Positions 59,541 through 64,000 of a stretch of 64,000 nucleotides of DNA are shown piece by piece (position 1 is the first letter of the stretch; every line of letters starts with the position of its first letter). The translations under genes were made by a program, and so were the position numbers. The stretch is from Bacteroidota bacterium (GTDB taxonomy: Bacteria; Bacteroidota; Ignavibacteria; UBA10030; SZUA-254): contig DATKPE010000033.1 of the NCBI GenBank assembly GCA_035524335.1, positions 36,157 through 100,156 on the forward strand. Direction: 5' to 3'. The notes under the pieces were generated by a model that was not told the DNA's origin, did not search any database, and worked only from the letters and a program-made list of their open reading frames with translations.

Positions 59541-60668
59541 TTACTTGCCCTGTGAATTCTGGAACAGGCGCCCGTTGAAAAGCTTGAAATTGAAGAACCG
59601 CTCCAGGATGAGGTTGTCGACCCAATCCCGCCAGCGGCTGATCGTCTGCGGGTTGCTCGCCAGTTCCAGCTCGTAGAATTCGCCCTGCACCGAGGTAATG
59701 AACCGCAGACGGAGGACGAAGAACCAGACGATGAAGAACTCGACGAAAATCGTGACGTACTGGGAGACGGCGAACAGATCGGCGAATGAGGAAAATTCGA
59801 CGCTGTGGCTGAACCCCCAGTTATGGAGGATCTCCATCGACGAGAGGAGGAGGAACAGGAACATGATCTTGTCGATATACGCCCCCTGGGGCGGATCCTT
59901 CTTGAACTGGTAAAGGAAAAACAGCAGTATGAAGACGATGAAGAAGACGTTCATGTAGACGATGCTCATGTTCATCGGCTTCCAGAGCAGGATGATGTAG
60001 TTGTTGCCCGCAAGGTACGGCATCAGATATTCGATACGGCGGATATTCTGATCCGGGTAAAGATCGCCGACGGCGCGTCCGTCTTCCCACGACTGCAGTT
60101 TGACGGATCCGGCAAGCTGGATGGCCGAAGGGGTTTCCTTCGCGGGATCGACCGCCTGGTAGAGCGTCTTGAACTGCTTGATGTCCTGCGTCGAGTAGAG
60201 ATACAGCGGATCATGAAAATACGGCTGGAAGATCATCCAGCTGACGATGACCGAAAGGGCGATTGCGGCGAGATATTTCTGATAGATCCTCAGCTCGCGG
60301 AATATCTGATCGATCACGATGTAGCAGATGGCGAGCGACATGAAAACCTGGAATCCGATCAGGGTATACTGGTGCAGAATGTGGGTGGCGAATTTGTTCT
60401 CGGTGAAGATCGACACGCCGACGAAATCGAAGAAATAATGGCTGACCGAGACGGTGAACAGGAAGATAAAATTCAGGAAGATGAATTTATTTTTCGGATT
60501 CGGCTCACTGCGGTAAATCAAAACGGACAGAATGAGAAGCAGAATCTGAATAGCCCTGTTGAAAACGCCTTCGAGGTCGATCGGGTGGTGTGGAAACAGC
60601 ACCAGGGCCACGCAATAAACTGCGTGAAAAACAAGTAGAAAGAAAAATGCTTTGACAAGATTTTTCAT
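59541..60668 (-). CDS. hypothetical polytopic membrane protein (about 8 TM), first gene of the operon with the bEBP-like regulator
   Basis: 375 aa with hydrophobic helices throughout. Begins directly at an AT-rich promoter region and ends 38 nt upstream of the regulator gene. Its antisense ORF (59805..60638) is the acidic mirror translation. Confidence 0.55.
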   Translation of the reverse strand: MKNLVKAFFFLLVFHAVYCVALVLFPHHPIDLEGVFNRAIQILLLILSVLIYRSEPNPKNKFIFLNFIFLFTVSVSHYFFDFVGVSIFTENKFATHILHQYTLIGFQVFMSLAICYIVIDQIFRELRIYQKYLAAIALSVIVSWMIFQPYFHDPLYLYSTQDIKQFKTLYQAVDPAKETPSAIQLAGSVKLQSWEDGRAVGDLYPDQNIRRIEYLMPYLAGNNYIILLWKPMNMSIVYMNVFFIVFILLFFLYQFKKDPPQGAYIDKIMFLFLLLSSMEILHNWGFSHSVEFSSFADLFAVSQYVTIFVEFFIVWFFVLRLRFITSVQGEFYELELASNPQTISRWRDWVDNLILERFFNFKLFNGRLFQNSQGK

Positions 60669-60954
60669 AAGTAAAGACCGGGTACGAAGTCCGATCCCTC
60701 GTTTTGTTTAAATTTATCGCTTTTTTGAACAAATGTCAATAGCATTCGCAATTTTTTTTCTATATGCTCAAATCTGTGATTCGCAACACGCCATAATATT
60801 CGTGATATTTTTTCAGAATAAAATAGCAAAATTCTTGCGAATTTTCACATAATATCGTAACTTGTCCTTGGAGTTTTTCCCCTCATTACCCCTTTAATGC
60901 GAATATACAAAAATATTTTTCATAATCAATTAATTAAATCCGAGGAGAGTTACC
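60669..60954. promoter_or_regulatory. AT-rich divergent intergenic region with repeated octamer ATTCGCAA / TTGCGAAT
   Basis: 286 bp, visibly AT-rich. ATTCGCAA at 60744-60751 and 60779-60786, inverted TTGCGAAT at 60835-60842, and a 7/8 inverted copy ATGCGAAT at 60897-60904. SD-like GGAGAG precedes the downstream small ORF. Confidence 0.45.
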
Positions 60955-61197
60955 ATGACTGCCATCACACGTCGTAATGCAAAGCGGATCGGATCCCTTC
61001 TGATCGCTTTACTGATCGTTCTTGTGACCAATATCGCCATCTCCCTGGCCGATAACGCACGCACGCTCGATCCGAACAATCCGATCTACGGTTCGCCCCG
61101 TCCCAAGACGCTCGATCCGAATAATCCGATCTATGGCTCGCCCCGTCCCAAGACGCTCGATCCGAACAATCCGATCTACGGTTCACCGCGCCCGTAA
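60955..61197 (+). CDS. small (80 aa) signal-peptide/membrane-anchor protein with three tandem copies of TLDPNNPIYGSPRP separated by Lys
   Basis: GGAGAG 7 nt upstream of ATG. N-region RRNAKR, hydrophobic IGSLLIALLIVLVTNIAISLA, then DNAR-TLDPNNPIYGSPRP-K-TLDPNNPIYGSPRP-K-TLDPNNPIYGSPRP-stop. All inter-repeat nucleotide differences are synonymous. Confidence 0.55.
   Translation: MTAITRRNAKRIGSLLIALLIVLVTNIAISLADNARTLDPNNPIYGSPRPKTLDPNNPIYGSPRPKTLDPNNPIYGSPRP
61063..61197 (+). repeat. 3 x 45-bp tandem coding repeat inside the small ORF
   Basis: Copies at 61063-61107, 61108-61152 and 61153-61197. They differ only at third codon positions: aac/aat, tac/tat, ggt/ggc, tcg/tca, ccc/ccg, cgt/cgc, ccc/ccg. 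Confidence 0.9.
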
Positions 61198-61245
61198 GGC
61201 ACGGCCCGCGGCATTTGCCGCGCGTTCGGTAACTCCATAATTGAT

Positions 61246-61287
61246 ACACCCCGCCTGCGGTCCGCCGCGGACGGGGTGTTTTTTTTC
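61246..61287 (+). terminator. strong Rho-independent terminator downstream of the repeat-peptide ORF
   Basis: ACACCCCG - loop containing the nested TCCGC/GCGGA pair - CGGGGTGT, followed by T8 (TTTTTTTT). Confidence 0.7.
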
Positions 61288-61345
61288 CCGGGACTCCGAT
61301 TACCATTTCTCGTGATTTTTTTTTATTTTTCCCTGAAATACCTCC

Positions 61346-62347
61346 ATGGAGCCCGTCTACCCATCAGATCCGACCACTTTCAGCTGGCAGGGACAACCAC
61401 CCCCGCCTCCACGGCCATGGAAATCGTACCTCTTCCATGCGTCGCTCTTCCTTCTGACGTTCATCACCACAACACTCGCGGGCGTCCTATGGCTCCTGAA
61501 AGACCCGTTTGAACTGTCCAATTTCCCTGCGGGATTTCCCTATTCCCTCAGTCTCCTGGCAATCCTCACGGCCCACGAATTCGGGCATTACTTTGCGGCG
61601 CGACGCTACCATATTCCGACCACCCTCCCCTACTTCATCCCGATGCCGCCGTTTCTCATCAACCTTTTCGGCACCATGGGGGCGGTGATCAGGATCAGGG
61701 GGGCGATCGGAACCAGAAAACAGCTCTTCGACATCGGCGCCGCCGGACCGATCGCGGGTCTTATCGTTACCCTGGGTGTCCTCGCCCTCGGCATGGCGAC
61801 GCTTCCCCCGATCAGCTATCTGTACGGAATACATCCCGAATATATCGGCCTTTCTGCAATCCCCAACGGAGGGCTGACCTTCGGCTCCTCTCTCTTCTTC
61901 CGCGGGTTTCTCCGCCTGTTCGCACACGGCCGGTTTATTCCCCCCATGAATGAAATTTACCATTATCCCTATCTCTGCGTCGGCTGGTTCGGCCTGTTCA
62001 TCACCGCGATGAACCTGATCCCCGTCGGCCAGCTGGATGGCGGCCATATCCTCTATTCCATGGTCGGACGCCGGCAGGGGCTGATCGCGAAAATCTGCTT
62101 CGGCATACTCATCCTGATCGGCCTCGTGGCGTTCATTCCCGCATTCGGTTCCCATATTCAGCTGGGGACCCTCGGCTGGCTCATTTTCGCCGTCATCCTG
62201 TTTTTCGTCATCAAGCTCAATCACCCCGAAATCCACGATCCGGAACCTCTCGACTCATCGCGAACCTTCCTCGGATGGATTCTCATGGCCCTCTTCATCC
62301 TCATTTTCACCCCGGTGCCGTTCTATGAAATCTCCCCGGCACCTTGA
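61346..62347 (+). CDS. site-2 protease family (peptidase M50) intramembrane zinc metalloprotease, no PDZ domain
   Basis: HExxH inside a TM helix (LAILTAHEFGHYFAARRY) and the second S2P motif NLIPVGQLDGGHIL. Multiple TM helices. Confidence 0.8.
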   Translation: MEPVYPSDPTTFSWQGQPPPPPRPWKSYLFHASLFLLTFITTTLAGVLWLLKDPFELSNFPAGFPYSLSLLAILTAHEFGHYFAARRYHIPTTLPYFIPMPPFLINLFGTMGAVIRIRGAIGTRKQLFDIGAAGPIAGLIVTLGVLALGMATLPPISYLYGIHPEYIGLSAIPNGGLTFGSSLFFRGFLRLFAHGRFIPPMNEIYHYPYLCVGWFGLFITAMNLIPVGQLDGGHILYSMVGRRQGLIAKICFGILILIGLVAFIPAFGSHIQLGTLGWLIFAVILFFVIKLNHPEIHDPEPLDSSRTFLGWILMALFILIFTPVPFYEISPAP

Positions 62348-62471
62348 CTTTCAACGACGATTTTCGTAGATTTTCAATACTCAATAACTTTCCCGGACGC
62401 ATTATCTGCCCCATGGTATAGAGTTTGACCCGACGATCCCGTCACGTTTTTGAAAGGGCAGGTCTATTTCG

Positions 62472-63353
62472 ATGCGTCGCACCATTTCCACCGTTCTGAT
62501 CCCCCGGGTGTTCCGGACGATATCCCCATACCGCCGGATTCTTCCTGTCGTCATACTTGTGGTCGCGGGACTGGCAGGCTGCCGGCGCGAGTATTCCGGT
62601 ACGCTCGACCCGCCCCTCACCGCGCCGTATCTGTATCAGGCGCAGATCGGGGTCTCGCTCGTCGATCTCGATACCTCCTCCGCATCCGTCGTAAAACAGA
62701 TTTCGCCCGGGACCTACGAGATCACCGATTCTCTTTCCGCCGTGGTGCTCGATCCGGTGAGCGGAGACGATATCACCTCCTGCACCTACAGCGTCACGTC
62801 GCCGGGCATCTCGACGCCTTTTCTCACAGGGAACCTGAACCGGATCTCGGTGTCGTCCAATCAGGCGAATTTCAGCACGAAGTTTGCCTTCCTCGTCCGG
62901 CGCGACCAGATAGGTCCGTACATTATCGAAATCGACGCCTCAGGGCAGGCAGGGTATGTCGCGAATGCCCGACGGGTCACCCTCTCTATTATCAGAAACG
63001 ACGCCCGGCCGGTCATCTCGAATCTCCTCGCACCCGACACCCTGGTCCGGCCGCAATCCGGTTCCCGGATGGTCCGTCTCGCCATTTCGGCCTCCGATTC
63101 GGACGGCCTCGGCGACATCGTCAAAGTTTTCTTCCGGAGCATCAACTCCACCTCCCCCGATTTTGAACAACCGATGTTCGACGACGGGAATCTGGCGGTG
63201 GACGGTGATTCCGTTGCGGGCGACGGCCGCTATGCCAGACTTCTGCCGCTCGATTCAACGGCCACGGCGGGAATCAAGGAATTTCGCTTTTTCGCGCGCG
63301 ACAAAGCGGGAGCGGTGAGCGATTCAATCGTCCATTATATCGTCATCCAATGA
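62472..63353 (+). CDS. hypothetical lipoprotein (beta-rich)
   Basis: Lipobox VVAGLAGC after a hydrophobic stretch. Ser/Thr/Val-rich beta-strand-like composition. Its stop overlaps the start of the next gene (ATGA). Confidence 0.5.
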   Translation: MRRTISTVLIPRVFRTISPYRRILPVVILVVAGLAGCRREYSGTLDPPLTAPYLYQAQIGVSLVDLDTSSASVVKQISPGTYEITDSLSAVVLDPVSGDDITSCTYSVTSPGISTPFLTGNLNRISVSSNQANFSTKFAFLVRRDQIGPYIIEIDASGQAGYVANARRVTLSIIRNDARPVISNLLAPDTLVRPQSGSRMVRLAISASDSDGLGDIVKVFFRSINSTSPDFEQPMFDDGNLAVDGDSVAGDGRYARLLPLDSTATAGIKEFRFFARDKAGAVSDSIVHYIVIQ

Positions 63354-64000
63354 TCAGCCGCACCGGACTCCATATCGTCCTCGCTCTCCTCGTGGCATTC
63401 GGGCTCCATTCACGGTCCTCGGGACAATCCAGATACCTCCGTCATTTTTCCCCCTATACGAGTGAGGGCTCGGCGATTCCCCCGAGCAACAACATCTCCC
63501 ATGCCGCCGTCTCCGGCGGGATCCTCTGGTTCGGAACCAGCAAGGGCCTCACCCGTTCCATGGACACGGGAAAAACGTGGACCTCCTTCAGGTCAAATCC
63601 GGCCTTCGCCAACGACGGCATCTATGCCACCGATGCCGCCGACTCGATCGTCTGGGCCGCCACGGGATATGACAAGGATATGGGAGACGGCTCCACGGTG
63701 CAGACCGGGAGCGGGTATGCCTTCAGCACAAACGGCGGCGCGACATGGACCCACAGGGGGCAGGCGCTCGACGGCCTCCACGACACGCTGATCGCCTACG
63801 GGATCAACGATTCGCTGAGGATTCTTCCGGTGGTCGTTCCGGAACAGAACGTCACCTTCGATATCTCGCTTCAGGGGCGCAATGTCTGGATCGCCAGCTG
63901 GGCCAGCGGTCTCCGCCGCTCGTCCGACAACGGCGCGACGTGGCAGAGAATCCTTCTCCCGTCCGATATCCAGAGCACGCTGTCACCGACCGACACTCTC
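63350..64000 (+). CDS. BNR/Asp-box repeat protein, 3' end outside the window
   Basis: Frame open to the window end and not listed in the track because it has no stop. Signal peptide-like start MISRTGLHIVLALLVAFGL. Repeats SMDTGKTW, STNGGATW, SSDNGATW. Confidence 0.6.
   Translation, partial: MISRTGLHIVLALLVAFGLHSRSSGQSRYLRHFSPYTSEGSAIPPSNNISHAAVSGGILWFGTSKGLTRSMDTGKTWTSFRSNPAFANDGIYATDAADSIVWAATGYDKDMGDGSTVQTGSGYAFSTNGGATWTHRGQALDGLHDTLIAYGINDSLRILPVVVPEQNVTFDISLQGRNVWIASWASGLRRSSDNGATWQRILLPSDIQSTLSPTDTL

Noticed and set aside
59805-60638. 277-aa acidic plus-strand ORF opposite the polytopic membrane gene
   Set aside because: It is the mirror translation of Phe/Ile/Leu codons (GAA/GAT-rich). 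The minus-strand frame is longer, starts at the AT-rich promoter and is coupled to the downstream regulator.
61063-61197. Tandem 45-bp repeats as a possible CRISPR or mini-satellite
   Set aside because: The copies are directly abutting with no spacers. They are in-frame inside an ORF and differ only at synonymous sites, so this is a coding repeat.

Overview
This 64-kb window comes from a high-GC genome that I estimate by eye at 60-65% G+C; I did not compute it. The source is a Gram-negative bacterium. A C-terminal T9SS sorting domain on a BNR-repeat protein suggests the FCB group (Bacteroidota/Ignavibacteriota/Rhodothermota-like). Three more cues fit the same group: a TatT-type lipoprotein beside a DctP solute-binding protein, an ileS-dksA-like-lspA gene order, and lipobox lipoproteins. 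The FCB assignment is an inference, not a database hit.

The window is densely coding. I call 48 CDS, two of them partial at the window edges. I found no rRNA, tRNA, CRISPR array, integrase, transposase or prophage genes. Most genes are housekeeping: ileS, lspA, rluD, purA, secDF, mutS, panD, a PPi-type pfk, rtcB with archease, and a UvrD/AddA-like helicase-nuclease. The rest include two-component systems, several peptidases (M1, M28, M49, M50), glycosyltransferases and Omp85-family outer-membrane proteins.

Because of the GC content, many long antisense ORFs in the six-frame track are spurious, and I rejected them.

The stretch most worth a second look is 58.4-62.3 kb. It contains:
- an AT-rich divergent intergenic region carrying a repeated octamer (ATTCGCAA, three exact copies plus a 7/8 copy);
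- on one side, an operon of a polytopic membrane protein followed by a sensor-less AAA+/Fis-HTH regulator of the sigma-54-activator family, with degenerate GAFTGA and Walker-B motifs;
- on the other side, an 80-aa ORF with a signal-peptide or membrane-anchor N-terminus, followed by three perfect tandem copies of a 14-aa module, TLDPNNPIYGSPRP, each preceded by K or R. All nucleotide differences among the copies are synonymous. A strong intrinsic terminator follows this ORF;
- immediately downstream, an M50 site-2 protease.

I do not recognise the peptide module. I propose this locus as a candidate undescribed regulated peptide, either a signal or a processed precursor.

Secondary points of interest are an Omp85-type barrel fused to an HExxH metallopeptidase-like domain and a TolB-like propeller, a DksA/TraR protein with a histone-H1-like Lys/Ala/Pro tail, an archease-rtcB-helicase/nuclease cluster, and a TatT/DctP pair with no TRAP permease genes nearby.
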